Assembly: GCA_943788005.1 (NCBI GenBank)
Contig: CALSOP010000008.1
Coordinates: 129,463-193,462, forward strand
Source of the DNA: an uncultured Gammaproteobacteria bacterium
GTDB taxonomy: Bacteria; Pseudomonadota; Gammaproteobacteria; Eutrophobiales; Eutrophobiaceae
Length of the DNA: 64,000 bases
Direction of reading: 5' to 3'
The notes beneath the pieces were generated by a model, which saw nothing but the letters and a program-made list of their open reading frames with translations, had not been told where the DNA came from and ran no database searches. Each line of letters starts with the position of its first letter. Positions within the stretch are counted from its first letter, which is position 1. This document shows, piece after piece, positions 31,137 to 42,632 of this stretch. A program made the position numbers and the translations under genes.

Positions 31137-31782
31137 TTAGCTTGTCATGTATCTCAAATGGACTGGAGACCATGCCATCCGCACACCAATCAGCGGGGGC
31201 ATCACCGTCATCAATATAACCGTAGAGTGCTATCAGTGTTTTAGTGCCAGCACGACGACCTGCTTCAATATCACGCTGGGCATCGCCGATGTATATTGTA
31301 GTTGCTGGATCAGCGTGCATTAGTTTGCATGCATGGAGTATTGGGGCAGGGTGGGGTTTTCTTTTTTCGAGTGTATCGCCGCTGATTACGCATGCCGCAC
31401 GTTCATCGAGACACATCGCCTCGACTAAAGGATCCGTTAACCAGGAAGGTTTGTTTGTTACGATCCCCCAGGGTTTATTCTCACTTTCAAGTGCGAGTAA
31501 TAGTTCTTCCATACCATCAAACAGGCGTGTTTCATGTGCAATATTGGCCCGGTAGTGATTAAGGAACTCATCACGTATTGATTCAAAGCCAGTGTCTCCT
31601 TCTTCCAGATTGAATGCGAGTTTGATCATGGCATTTCCACCAAGTGAAACAGTTGGGCGAATAATCTCCTTCGGGAGAGTGGTTAATTCATATTTTAAAC
31701 GAATGGCATTGAGCGCATTGGCTAAGTCATCTGCTGTATCAGCTAATGTACCATCCAGATCAAATAAAATGTGCTCGATCAT
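31120..31782 (-). CDS. gph: Phosphoglycolate phosphatase (HAD superfamily)
   Basis: HAD motif I FDLDGTLADT, motif IV GDAQRDIEAG, and the ubiG-gph pairing. Confidence 0.8.
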   Translation of the reverse strand: MIEHILFDLDGTLADTADDLANALNAIRLKYELTTLPKEIIRPTVSLGGNAMIKLAFNLEEGDTGFESIRDEFLNHYRANIAHETRLFDGMEELLLALESENKPWGIVTNKPSWLTDPLVEAMCLDERAACVISGDTLEKRKPHPAPILHACKLMHADPATTIYIGDAQRDIEAGRRAGTKTLIALYGYIDDGDAPADWCADGMVSSPFEIHDKLSEFCN

Positions 31783-31787
31783 TTATT

Positions 31788-32492
31788 TTATTTGGCTATG
31801 GTATGGAGCAGATAGTTAACGTCAGGTTCTGTGTTTAATGAACATTGACCTGATATTGGATTGTATTGCATGCCAACTAAATCATTCATTTCAAGATTAC
31901 TTTCTTTACACCATGCAACCAATTCTGAAGGACGAATAAATTTTTCGTATTGGTGTGTGCCTTTTGGTAGAAGTTTTAGCAGATATTCGCCTGTTAGCAC
32001 GGCAAGAATATAGGCTTTTATACCACGGTTTATAGTTGAAAAGATGACATGACCACCGGGTTTGATCATTTTACTAGCGGCTGCAATTATAGATGCGGGA
32101 TCTGGCACATGTTCTAACAACTCCATACAGGTTATTACATCAAAGCTATCAATATGATCTTCAGCGAAGCTTTCTGCAGTACTAACGATATAATTGATTT
32201 CAAGTTGGTTATCAGCGGCGTGTATAGACGCGGTATTGATGTTTTCTTTACTTGCGTCTAGTCCAGTGACTATAGCGCCTTGCTTAGCCATAGCTTCCGC
32301 AAAAATACCGCCACCACAACCGATATCCATGGTTTGTGAATTCTTAAGTGAGACATGCTTTGTTACATAATTTAATCGAATAGGATTTATATCATGCAAG
32401 GTTTTAAATTCTCCATCAGAATCCCACCATTGGTCGGCTCTTGAAGAAAATTTTTCCAGTTCTTTTAAATCAATGTTTTCGTTTTCAGTCAT
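31788..32492 (-). CDS. ubiG: Ubiquinone biosynthesis O-methyltransferase UbiG
   Basis: WWD..G.FK.LH..NP.R motif and the SAM motif DIGCGGGI. Confidence 0.85.
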   Translation of the reverse strand: MTENENIDLKELEKFSSRADQWWDSDGEFKTLHDINPIRLNYVTKHVSLKNSQTMDIGCGGGIFAEAMAKQGAIVTGLDASKENINTASIHAADNQLEINYIVSTAESFAEDHIDSFDVITCMELLEHVPDPASIIAAASKMIKPGGHVIFSTINRGIKAYILAVLTGEYLLKLLPKGTHQYEKFIRPSELVAWCKESNLEMNDLVGMQYNPISGQCSLNTEPDVNYLLHTIAK

Positions 32493-32714
32493 TATGTTTT
32501 TTTGTAATAAATACTTTAGTTCTGAAACAAGTTTAACTTGTTAACATAAGATATTGAATCAAAAGTTTTATCCCTTGTTAATATATAAAATGACTGTCTT
32601 TAATATGCAACGCTATTATTGACGATACATTTTCATATAACCATAATGTTACGCGTTAGGGGAATAAGTACACGCATAACGTTATAAATAGAATCAACAC
32701 GATAAGGAATAATA

Positions 32715-33428
32715 ATGAAAAATAGATTCGTGGCTAAGTTTAGAATATTGTTAGTAGGTCTTTGCATGACACTTTTGTCTGCTTGTGCAACTACTGGCGC
32801 ATTAGATGAACGAGATCCGTGGGAAGGGTTTAATCGGGGCGTCTATTCTTTTAATGAAACAATGGACAATGTGCTCTTTGACCCGGTAGGTAAAGTGTAC
32901 GACTTCATAACGCCTGATTTTATAGACTCTGGAATAACTAACTTTTTTAACAATATTGCTCAGCTTCCTGTAATTGCAAATGACATACTCCAATTTAAAT
33001 TTGATCAGGCAGTAAATGATACCGTCCGTTTATTCCTCAATTCGACTGTTGGTTTATTAGGCTTTCTTGATGTTTCATCAGAAGCTGGTTTGCCTTCCAG
33101 TAAAGCTGACTTTGGCCAAACATTAGCCCTTTGGGGTGTTGATTCTGGACCTTATTTGGTAATGCCATTTTTTGGTCCCGGCACGATAAGGCATGCGGCA
33201 GGTTATGCTGTTGATGGTGCGTTGAACCCGTTGGTTTACATAGATAACGATCTGACTAAAGCAGGACTATTATCCCTTGCTTTCGTTGATGTTAAATCAG
33301 ATTTATTGAGTGCAGTAGACTTGCTTGAAGAAGCAGCGGTTGATAAATATGAATTTACCAAAAATGCCTATTTTGATAAGCGCGCAAGCAAGATAAGTGG
33401 TAATGAATTTACGGATTATTCAGAATAA
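32715..33428 (+). CDS. mlaA: Outer-membrane lipoprotein MlaA/VacJ
   Basis: Lipobox LLSAC and DPWEGFNRGVYSFNETMD, the canonical MlaA start. Confidence 0.85.
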   Translation: MKNRFVAKFRILLVGLCMTLLSACATTGALDERDPWEGFNRGVYSFNETMDNVLFDPVGKVYDFITPDFIDSGITNFFNNIAQLPVIANDILQFKFDQAVNDTVRLFLNSTVGLLGFLDVSSEAGLPSSKADFGQTLALWGVDSGPYLVMPFFGPGTIRHAAGYAVDGALNPLVYIDNDLTKAGLLSLAFVDVKSDLLSAVDLLEEAAVDKYEFTKNAYFDKRASKISGNEFTDYSE

Positions 33429-33453
33429 TAATCCGTATTATTTAACTTAATAA

Positions 33454-34194
33454 CTACTCAAGAATAAGGCGTGAATCATCCATTCCGATAGCCTTGGCGA
33501 ACTCGATTAATTTTTCTTGTTTCAACGCAGCCTTTTCACTATCGATACTCGACAATGCCTTTTCTTCAAGGAATTGCTTGTAGATAGAGTCATGCATTCG
33601 TTGCATCCGTTTGCTTGGTTTAGCCGAATCATGCTCTTCTTGAGACAGGGCAGACCATGATTTTATGAAGTTGTCCAGATTCTCTTCTGTCCAGTTATGT
33701 TGTGTTAAAAAATCAGCAATAAGCGACTCACCAGCCATATTTGTGCTGGTAGTAGTGGGTGTAGTGGGTGCAGTTGCCTGTGCTTTATTAGATGCATTAG
33801 ATGTTTCTATGGTCGCTGAGCCAGGTGGCTTGGGGTAAAACAAGATCACTACAATAATCAGCGATATTACTATCACAGCGCTGATTGCGATAAACATCAG
33901 CGGTGTTTTTTTTCTTTCTGAGGATGGCTGTTGGTTTGAAGGTGAACTATTGGTTGTAGGTCTTTTTTTCGATGGTGTAGAAACAATCTCGGTTTTATCT
34001 CTTTTTGCCGTCTCAGTTATAGCTGCTTCTTCCCCAGATGGCATAAGCGGTGGGGGAAAATCTATGGCTTTAACATTTACTTCACCCGCTGTTATAGCTG
34101 TTATCAGTTCTACACGCGACTTTCGATAGTCATCTTTATCGATCTCACCTCTAGCATAATCCTTTGCCAGTTCACGCAATGTTTTATTACTCAT
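33454..34194 (-). CDS. Hypothetical single-pass membrane protein with S/T/P-rich linkers
   Basis: The probable start is MSNKTLRELAKDY at 34194. The track start at 34257 lies inside the IS. One central TM helix and no recognised family. Confidence 0.45.
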   Translation of the reverse strand: MSNKTLRELAKDYARGEIDKDDYRKSRVELITAITAGEVNVKAIDFPPPLMPSGEEAAITETAKRDKTEIVSTPSKKRPTTNSSPSNQQPSSERKKTPLMFIAISAVIVISLIIVVILFYPKPPGSATIETSNASNKAQATAPTTPTTTSTNMAGESLIADFLTQHNWTEENLDNFIKSWSALSQEEHDSAKPSKRMQRMHDSIYKQFLEEKALSSIDSEKAALKQEKLIEFAKAIGMDDSRLILE

Positions 34195-34312
34195 ATCAGA
34201 CCTATACTTAAATTTAGTTATTAGCCAACTGTACCCCGTCAGCACCATGTGGACCAACTAGCCTGATTCTCTAAGAGATAGTTTTAGTTCATCGTTAACC
34301 CAAGAGGAAACG

Positions 34313-34675
34313 ATGATGACAAGTAAAAGAAGTGTAGAACATACTGTGCGCGATATTCGTCGACGCACCCGTAAAAAATATTCAGCAGAAGAAAAAATTC
34401 GTATCGTACTTGAAGGCTTACGTGGCGAAGAAAGCATCGCTGAGCTATGTCGCAAGGAAGGACTAAACCCAAATGTTTACTACCGTTGGTCGAAAGACTT
34501 TCTGGAGGCAGGTAAGAAACGTTTATCAGGCGATATCGTACGTGAAGCGACCTCAGATGAAGTCAAAGAACTGCGTGCTGAAACATCTGCGCTGAAAGAA
34601 ACCTTAGGCGAAGTAGTCATGGAGAATCGGCTGCTTAAAAAAAGCGTGCTCGGGGATGGGGAGGACGATATATGA
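34313..34675 (+). CDS. IS3-family transposase OrfA
   Basis: Identical to the translation of 12963-13325. Confidence 0.9.
   Translation: MMTSKRSVEHTVRDIRRRTRKKYSAEEKIRIVLEGLRGEESIAELCRKEGLNPNVYYRWSKDFLEAGKKRLSGDIVREATSDEVKELRAETSALKETLGEVVMENRLLKKSVLGDGEDDI
34637..34643 (+). promoter_or_regulatory. A7 slippery run for a predicted -1 programmed frameshift producing OrfAB
   Basis: cttAAAAAAAgc lies near the end of orfA. The -1 frame (the orfB frame) is open from 34639 through the orfB ATG at 34672. Confidence 0.55.
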
Positions 34676-35670
34676 GGTACTTAGCATCGGATAAAGTCGA
34701 GATTATTCAACTGGTACAGAACTCAGATCTGTCGGTTCGACAAACGCTGACTCGGCTGGACATTCATAAGTCCACTTTTTATAACTGGCTCAAACGTTAT
34801 GAAGAGAATGGCGTTGATGGCTTGGAAGACAAGAAGCCGATTCCCCATGCGGTATGGAATAAAATCACCGAAGACCACTGTGAAGCCGTTATTGAGTTAG
34901 CCTTAGAGAAGCCTGATTTGTCTCCACGAGAGTTAGCCGTAAATTACACTGACAACAAGGCTTACTTCGTCTCAGAATCCACGGTGTACAGGCTGCTGAA
35001 AGAACAAGACTTAATTACCAGTCCGGCCTATATCCTGATGGAGGCCAGTGATAAGTTTCAACAGCCCACTACGCGCGTGAATGAGATGTGGCAAACGGAT
35101 TTTACCTATTTCAAGATTATCGGTTGGGGTTGGTATTACTTATCCACGGTATTAGATGATTACTCACGTTACATTATTGCCTGGCGTTTATGTACGGGCA
35201 TGAGTAGCCGTGATGTCTCTGATACGCTGGATGACGCCTTACGCTTTACGGGACTTGATACAGTAAAGGTAAATCATAAACCGCGTTTACTCAGTGACAA
35301 TGGCCCGTGTTATATCTCCGGTGAATTAGCCGATTACCTTGAAGAAAACGGTATGACGCACACTCGAGGTCGACCTTATCATCCACAAACACAAGGCAAG
35401 ATAGAGCGCTGGCATCGTTCAATGAAGAATCAGATATTACTTCACCACTATTATTTCCCCGGGGAACTGGAGGAACAGTTGCAGCGTTTTGTGAGTTATT
35501 ACAACCATGAGCGTTATCATGAATCACTTGATAACCTGACACCGGCTGATGTCTTTTATGGGCGTGGCGAAGAAATACTAAGTCAACGAGAGCTAATCAA
35601 ACAAAACACGTTAGCGATGAGACGACAAATGCATTACGATAAACAACAAGTGAAGCACATAACCTATTGA
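34672..35670 (+). CDS. IS3-family transposase OrfB
   Basis: Identical to the translation of 11968-12966. Confidence 0.9.
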   Translation: MRYLASDKVEIIQLVQNSDLSVRQTLTRLDIHKSTFYNWLKRYEENGVDGLEDKKPIPHAVWNKITEDHCEAVIELALEKPDLSPRELAVNYTDNKAYFVSESTVYRLLKEQDLITSPAYILMEASDKFQQPTTRVNEMWQTDFTYFKIIGWGWYYLSTVLDDYSRYIIAWRLCTGMSSRDVSDTLDDALRFTGLDTVKVNHKPRLLSDNGPCYISGELADYLEENGMTHTRGRPYHPQTQGKIERWHRSMKNQILLHHYYFPGELEEQLQRFVSYYNHERYHESLDNLTPADVFYGRGEEILSQRELIKQNTLAMRRQMHYDKQQVKHITY

Positions 35671-35730
35671 TGAACTAATGTGTCTCTTAAATCAAACCGC
35701 TACCTGTCCAAAAGGTTTTGACGACGTACA

Positions 35731-36225
35731 GTGGAACAAGCAGATCTGACATTACTCCAGGATGAAACAAAAGTGTTTCAGTCTATTGGGATGGGTATTG
35801 CATTATCACTAGCACAATGTGAAGGCATTGATTTGTGTTCGCTTACTGTAGAAGAAAGCGAAATTAGAGAATTACTCAAAGCGCTTGAATCAAGGATTGG
35901 TAGTCTGATATTAAAACAGGAAGAGGCAGAAGATCCCGCGGGAATCGATAATGTTTTAACTGCCTATATGAATGAACGTGATAGTTATAATGCGCATTTA
36001 GAAAAGCTGCAGAGTATTACTAGTACATTAGATACTGATAGTGATTTACTGGATGAATCAGATGTCATTGAAGCAGATTTCCCTGTCGAATCAGCAAGAA
36101 ATGAAGAGCTAAATGATTATCTCAATGATCTTGAAGCATTCGATGATGAAGAACTTGAAGATGATGAAGATTTGGAAGACCTGCCTGATTTGCCAGAATT
36201 AAACGATATTAACTCAACTCCGTAA
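35731..36225 (+). CDS. Highly acidic hypothetical protein. The ORF begins at the first base after the IS, so it may be 5'-truncated.
   Basis: 164 aa with a D/E-rich C-terminus. The GTG start coincides with the IS boundary. Confidence 0.35.
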   Translation: MEQADLTLLQDETKVFQSIGMGIALSLAQCEGIDLCSLTVEESEIRELLKALESRIGSLILKQEEAEDPAGIDNVLTAYMNERDSYNAHLEKLQSITSTLDTDSDLLDESDVIEADFPVESARNEELNDYLNDLEAFDDEELEDDEDLEDLPDLPELNDINSTP

Positions 36226-36234
36226 TTTAAAATC

Positions 36235-36987
36235 ATGACCAAAACTACAACTAGTAGCAATACTACTACCGCCTTGCCATTATTTTATAAAAAAGTGGTG
36301 CCGTTGAATAAAGAAGTTCATGGTGAACTGTATATTGAAGGTATTGAAGGTTACACACACACACAAGAGACCAACAGCATTTATATTGCTGCTATCGAAT
36401 TTCTACAAGTGTCACGTGAATACCCGATAGTATTTGCCAAAGGGGCAGATGATGCAGTGTTTCCTGTTGCTTTGTTAGGTTTGGAGAAGAATAAAAATCT
36501 ATTCGTTGATGATAAAGGTGCTTGGACGGCAGACTATATACCCGCTTATGTGAGACGGTATCCTTTTATTCTCGCAACAGCGGATGAAAATAAAGATAAC
36601 TTTACTGTTTGTATTGATGAAAGCTATCCCGGTTTTAATACGGCTAAAGAAGGGAAGGCCTTGTTTGATGATAAAGGTGAGCAGAACCTTATATTAGATC
36701 AAGCTGTTGATTTTCTTAAAGATTATCAGTCCCATGTAACATTAACCACACTTTTTTGCGAAAACCTGTCTAAACTGGATATTTTAGAACCAATGCAGGC
36801 AAACATAGAACGCGCAACTGGGGAAAAGACATCTCTGGGCGGTTTTATGGGTGTGAATCGAGAAAAACTAAAAGCAATTAAACCGGCAAAATTAGCGGAG
36901 TTGTTAAAGTCAGATCAAATGGAATTAATCTTTGCACATTTAGCGTCATTGTCTAATCTTAATGCATTAATGAAACGAACCAGCTAG
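36235..36987 (+). CDS. SapC-family protein
   Basis: PL...H..L......Y.H......IAAIEF....REYPIVF.....PVALLGL...NLF......W.ADYIPAYVRRYPF is the SapC family pattern. Confidence 0.7.
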   Translation: MTKTTTSSNTTTALPLFYKKVVPLNKEVHGELYIEGIEGYTHTQETNSIYIAAIEFLQVSREYPIVFAKGADDAVFPVALLGLEKNKNLFVDDKGAWTADYIPAYVRRYPFILATADENKDNFTVCIDESYPGFNTAKEGKALFDDKGEQNLILDQAVDFLKDYQSHVTLTTLFCENLSKLDILEPMQANIERATGEKTSLGGFMGVNREKLKAIKPAKLAELLKSDQMELIFAHLASLSNLNALMKRTS

Positions 36988-37000
36988 AGGTAAGTTTGGC

Positions 37001-37306
37001 TTGAATGGAATAAACTCAATTCGAATTGATGTAAATAGCGAAAGGTATGCCGCTGCTATCCCTCGACAAAATATCCAGCCTGTAGGTGAACTGAAGTCCG
37101 CAACTGAGACAGATAAGAAAAAGGAATTTATAAAGCCGCTAAATAATAATCAAGATTCTAATCAAAAGCAGTCAAATGCGACTGCAGCACTTTTGTTATC
37201 TGATAGTAAATATTACCGCGCCAATCTTCTAAATGAGATTGTCAATAAAATGAGTGGGATTGAACCCCGGCATTATCCGGGGCATTTAGTAGAATATTAC
37301 GCCTGA
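37001..37306 (+). CDS. Hypothetical protein (TTG start)
   Basis: 101-aa ORF with GAGGT 9 nt upstream. No recognised family. Confidence 0.3.
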   Translation: MNGINSIRIDVNSERYAAAIPRQNIQPVGELKSATETDKKKEFIKPLNNNQDSNQKQSNATAALLLSDSKYYRANLLNEIVNKMSGIEPRHYPGHLVEYYA

Positions 37307-37321
37307 TTTTTCAGGAATAGG

Positions 37322-37843
37322 TTATTTGTTTTCAATCGTAATGGGTTGATTTGGATCAACATCTTCTTTTGGACCATATTTTTTTATGTAAGTCGAAACG
37401 ACTTTGTCTGCTTCTTTTAATTCTTCTTCAGAAAGCTTTGTCTTTGCTTTATCAACAGAACTTACAGATAACTTATGTGCATGTGATGCGCCAACGCTAT
37501 ACCAGATATACGCATATTCGAAGTCTTTAGGCACGCCGCGCCCTTTAAAATACAGATCGCCCAATTTATATTGAGCTTGTGGTATATTTTTTTCTGACGC
37601 TTTTCTAAACCATTGCCCGGCATTTTTATAATCTTGTTCCACGCCTTGACCCTTCATGTACATCATGCCCATATAATACTGTGCATAGCCATGATCTGAG
37701 GTTTCTGCCAGTGATTGCATTGTTGTGAATGCTTTATCGTAGTCTCCCATCAGATAAGCGACAACGCCGTCATTGAAATCAGCATGAACAGAAGATGTTA
37801 TTAGGGTTAATAATAAGATGAATATTGGACTAATTTTTTTCAT
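37322..37843 (-). CDS. Secreted Sel1-repeat (SLR/TPR-like) protein
   Basis: A signal peptide followed by about three Sel1 repeats (AQYYMGMMYMKGQGVEQDYKNAGQWFRKA..AQYKLGDLYFKGRGVPKDFEYAYIWY). Confidence 0.8.
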   Translation of the reverse strand: MKKISPIFILLLTLITSSVHADFNDGVVAYLMGDYDKAFTTMQSLAETSDHGYAQYYMGMMYMKGQGVEQDYKNAGQWFRKASEKNIPQAQYKLGDLYFKGRGVPKDFEYAYIWYSVGASHAHKLSVSSVDKAKTKLSEEELKEADKVVSTYIKKYGPKEDVDPNQPITIENK

Positions 37844-37872
37844 ATTTTAAAACTCACGGTTGGTATTGCGAT

Positions 37873-38037
37873 TAGGAGGCTGTTTGCTAATTATATTTCG
37901 GCTGCAAATGACCCTAGTTTGATTCAATTTCACACTCGATTTCGTTAAATAGAATGGCTATTCGCCTCAATCGATCGCAAAATTGTTCTCAAATAGAACC
38001 ATTTTTGCTCCGAAATATAATTACCAAATAGCCTCTA
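37873..38037. mobile_element. MITE-like element (about 165 bp) with roughly 37-bp imperfect terminal inverted repeats
   Basis: The left end is taggaggctgtttgctaattatatttcggctgcaaatg. The reverse complement of the right end is tagaggctatttggtaattatatttcggagcaaaaatg. It has no coding capacity. Confidence 0.5.
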
Positions 38038-38176
38038 AGTCTCGTAAAATGCGCCGCTTGCTGTGTGGCAAGAGAGCTTCGATTGATACATATTATTGTA
38101 TTCATATGGCCTTAGGCCATAAAAGCGACGAATTGTTTCATGCAAGACGAAGATTGTAAATAATATGAGGGCTCTT

Positions 38177-38503
38177 ATGGCTAAATATCAGGCATTTAGG
38201 GTGCATCAGGAGAATAATGAGGTCGTAGGGTGGATTGAAGACATCACTGTCGATGATCTCGACGAAGGCGATGTTCTCATTAACATTGAATCCTTGGGAT
38301 AATATTGCTGCAGTTGGACTGGCAGGTGGTTTTACAAGAACGCACCATATCTGGGAACGCTTGGTCGGTGATCTTGCAGCTAAGCATTTGGACTAGATAT
38401 ATGACTGTATGATTGGATTAGAAGATTTACCTAGTGTATTTGACAACAGTTGGCAGCTAAGACACTGGGTTGCATAGTAGTGGCGATTGACCCTGACGAT
38501 TAA
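38177..38503 (+). pseudogene. Remnant of an MDR-family NADPH:quinone oxidoreductase (YhdH/AcuI-like)
   Basis: An N-terminal fragment MAKYQAFRVHQENNEVVGWIEDITVDDLDEGDVLINIESLG ends in a stop. C-terminal-like pieces follow (IWERLVGDLAAKHLD, then [21 protein letters not shown]) in different frames. About two thirds of the gene is deleted. Confidence 0.55.
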
Positions 38504-38528
38504 CAAAAAAGAAATTATTGAGATTTTT

Positions 38529-39930
38529 ATGACGGTAAAAACACTATACGACAAGCTTTGGGATGATCATGTGGTGCATGATTATGGTGACGGCACGGCG
38601 CTGATCTATATCGACCGACATCTTATACATGAAGTCACTTCGCCTCAGGCATTTGAAGGATTAAAACTAGCTGGGCGACAGCCCTGGCGTTTAAACACTA
38701 ATTTGGCCGTTCCCGATCATAATGTCCCAACGGTTAATAGAGAGGTTATAGAAGATCCGATATCTAAACTTCAACTTGAAACTCTGGATGCAAATTGTAA
38801 GGAAACCGGAATAACCAAGTTTGAAATGATGGATCCAAGACAAGGTATTGTCCATGTGATTGGACCTGAACAAGGTGCTTCACTACCGGGAATGACCATT
38901 GTTTGTGGCGATTCACACACGTCGACCAATGGCGCATTGGGTGCTCTTGCCTTTGGTATTGGTACCTCTGAAGTTGAACATGTGTTGGCGACTCAATCCT
39001 TGGTACTTAAAAAGGCCAAGAACATGCTGGTTAATGTTAATGGGCAAGTCGGTAATGGCATAACGGCAAAAGATATCGTACTTGAAATTATCGGTGAAAT
39101 TGGAACTGCAGGCGGCACGGGTTACTCCATAGAATTTGGTGGCGATGCAATTCGCGCTTTATCGATGGAAGGTCGGATGACGGTCTGTAATATGAGTATA
39201 GAAGCAGGCGCTCGAGTTGGACTCATAGCGGTTGATCAAACTACATTGGACTATGTTAAAGGGTCGCCCCTATTCACCAAAAGGTGATGAGTGGGAACAA
39301 GCTATTACGTTATGGAAAGATCTCAAAAGTGATAAGAATGCGCCGTTCGACAAGGTCATTGAGATTGATGCAACGAAGATTGAACCGCAAGTCACATGGG
39401 GGACTTCTCCGGAAATGGTCGTGTCTGTAAATGATGTTGTTCCAAATCCTGCAGATATTGAAGATGCGACTAAACGTGAAGGAATAGAAAATGCACTGCG
39501 TTACATGAATTTGGTTCCGGGTACTGCAATGACGGCCATCAAAGTCGATAAGGTATTTATTGGTTCTTGTACGAATTCACGCATTGAAGACTTGCGAGCT
39601 GCGGCCAGTGTCGTGAAAGGTAAAAAGGTTTCTAGCGATATAACCTTAGCGATGGTAGTCCCAGGATCTGGCTTGGTTAAACAACAGGCAGAAGATGAAG
39701 GTTTGTCAGATATTTTTATTGAGTCTGGATTTGAATGGCGTGATCCAGGTTGTTCAATGTGTTTGGGGATGAACCCAGATCAACTTGAACCAGGTGAACG
39801 TTGTGCATCGACTTCCAACCGTAATTTTGAAGGTCGACAGGGCCAGGGTGGACGAACACACCTCGTGAGCCCGAGTATGGCGGCTGCGGCTGCTATAGCC
39901 GGTCACTTTGTTGATATTAGAGATTTATAA
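38529..39930 (+). pseudogene. leuC: 3-isopropylmalate dehydratase large subunit, frameshifted
   Basis: [16 protein letters not shown]... continues to DYVKG. An extra G in the GGG run at 39261-39263 then shifts the frame. The second ORF (39232-39930) resumes with [13 protein letters not shown] and the C-terminal Cys ligands. Confidence 0.85.
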
Positions 39931-39941
39931 GGAAAACAATC

Positions 39942-40590
39942 ATGGAAGCATTTAAAACATTTACTGGTATTGTAGCGCCTATAGACCGATCCAATGTGGA
40001 TACTGATGCGATTATTCCAAAGCAGTATCTAAAATCAATTAAGCGCAGTGGTTTTGGTCCTAATTTATTTGATGATTGGCGTTATCTTGGAACAAGGCGA
40101 CCCTATCAATGAAAATGAGTCGCGTGCAGATAAACCCTGATTTTATATTGAATCAATCACGCCGTATGACAAAGCAGAGATTCTGCTCGCCAGAGAAAAT
40201 TTTGGCTGTGGTTCTTCCAGAGAGCATGCTGTCTGGGCATTGGACGATTTTGGTATCAAGGTTGTGCTAGCGCCAAGTTTTGGCGATATCTTTTACAGCA
40301 ATTCATTCAAGAATGGATTCTTACCCATTCGCTTAACAGAAGATGAAATAGAATGGCTTATTTGTTTCTGTCGAAGCTCAAAAAGGATTTAAAGCAACGG
40401 TTAATCTTGAGGAGCAAGTTGTTGAAACTGAGGATGGAAACAGATATTCATTTGATATCGCAGCAGGTTTGAAAGACCGTTTACTGAAAGGTCTGGATGA
40501 TATTGGCCTTACTTTGGCGCATGCAGATGATATCCGTGTTATGAGAAGAATAGGGCAAAAATAACGCCTTGGCTGTTTCAGGGAATATAA
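39942..40590 (+). pseudogene. leuD: 3-isopropylmalate dehydratase small subunit, multiple frameshifts
   Basis: [49 protein letters not shown] is followed by LeuD-like segments in alternating frames ([52 protein letters not shown]). I count at least 4 shifts. Confidence 0.85.
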
Positions 40591-40600
40591 AGTTAAAAAC

Positions 40601-40621
40601 CCCCGCTAAAAAGCGGGGTTT
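40601..40621 (+). terminator. Hairpin terminator after leuD
   Basis: ccccgct-aaaa-agcgggg with flanking A and T runs, so it could act in both directions. Confidence 0.45.
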
Positions 40622-40795
40622 GCATAATGCATAAGGGATCTTGAGATTTTGTAAAGTGATTAATCTTTACAGATCGCAATATAGCACTCACTCAAAGTCT
40701 ACGAATCCTCAGCTAAGAGTAAATTTATTTGCTTGTTATATACCCTATATTGGGTATGTTCTTATAAGTTATTGTATAGATTGATTAATTTTTAA

Positions 40796-42213
<1,418 letters not shown>

Positions 42214-42269
42214 CACTGATTATACTGTCACGTACAGTCGCCGCCTGTTGTTATTTCGCGGATTTTACC

Positions 42270-42345
42270 GGGGCTATAGCTCAGCTGGGAGAGCGCTTGC
42301 GTGGCACGCAAGAGGTCGGCGGTTCGATCCCGCCTAGCTCCACCA
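42270..42345 (+). tRNA. tRNA-Ala (anticodon GGC)
   Basis: ggggctatagctcagctgggagagcgcttgcgtGGCacgcaagaggtcggcggttcgatcccgcctagctccacca. It has the G3:U70 identity pair and encoded CCA. Confidence 0.9.
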
Positions 42346-42389
42346 AATTGTACATTTGTAGGCTGTTTTTCAGGACATATTCTAATATT

Positions 42390-42465
42390 GTCCCCATCGT
42401 CTAGAGGCCTAGGACACTGCCCTTTCACGGCGGCAACAGGGGTTCGAATCCCCTTGGGGACGCCA
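42390..42465 (+). tRNA. tRNA-Glu (anticodon UUC)
   Basis: gtccccatcgtctagaggcctaggacactgcccttTCacggcggcaacaggggttcgaatccccttggggacgcca. The acceptor stem is intact and CCA is encoded. Confidence 0.9.
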
Positions 42466-42475
42466 TACTTAAAAA

Positions 42476-42499
42476 AGCCACCTTATAGGTGGCTTTTTT
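42476..42499 (+). terminator. Rho-independent terminator after the tRNA pair
   Basis: agccacct-ata-aggtggct followed by tttttt. Confidence 0.6.
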
Positions 42500-42591
42500 G
42501 TTTGTTTAAAGGATTGAATAAGTGTTGTGTGAAATGGGGTTGTTTAACAATTTCCTCAGGGTTCTTGAGCATTATCTAGTTGACCATTCAA

Positions 42592-42600
42592 TGCTATAAT
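42592..42600 (+). promoter_or_regulatory. Candidate extended -10 promoter (TGcTATAAT) for the sugar-nucleotide genes
   Basis: TGcTATAAT lies 32 nt upstream of the ATG at 42633. No good -35 is visible. Confidence 0.3.
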
Positions 42601-42632
42601 TCGCCTCGAATTAAAACCACTAATAATAATTT

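Larger units (their letters stand above)
34230..35730 (+). mobile_element. IS3-family insertion sequence, copy 2 (1501 bp), inverted relative to copy 1
   Basis: Same termini and identical OrfA/OrfB translations. The only nucleotide difference I found is 34269 against 13369. Confidence 0.9.

Noticed and set aside
36100-36225. Apparent tandem repetition (gatgatgaagaa / gaagat...)
   Set aside because: It is low-complexity coding sequence for a D/E-rich tail, not a DNA repeat array. No CRISPR-like repeat-spacer structure exists anywhere in the window.
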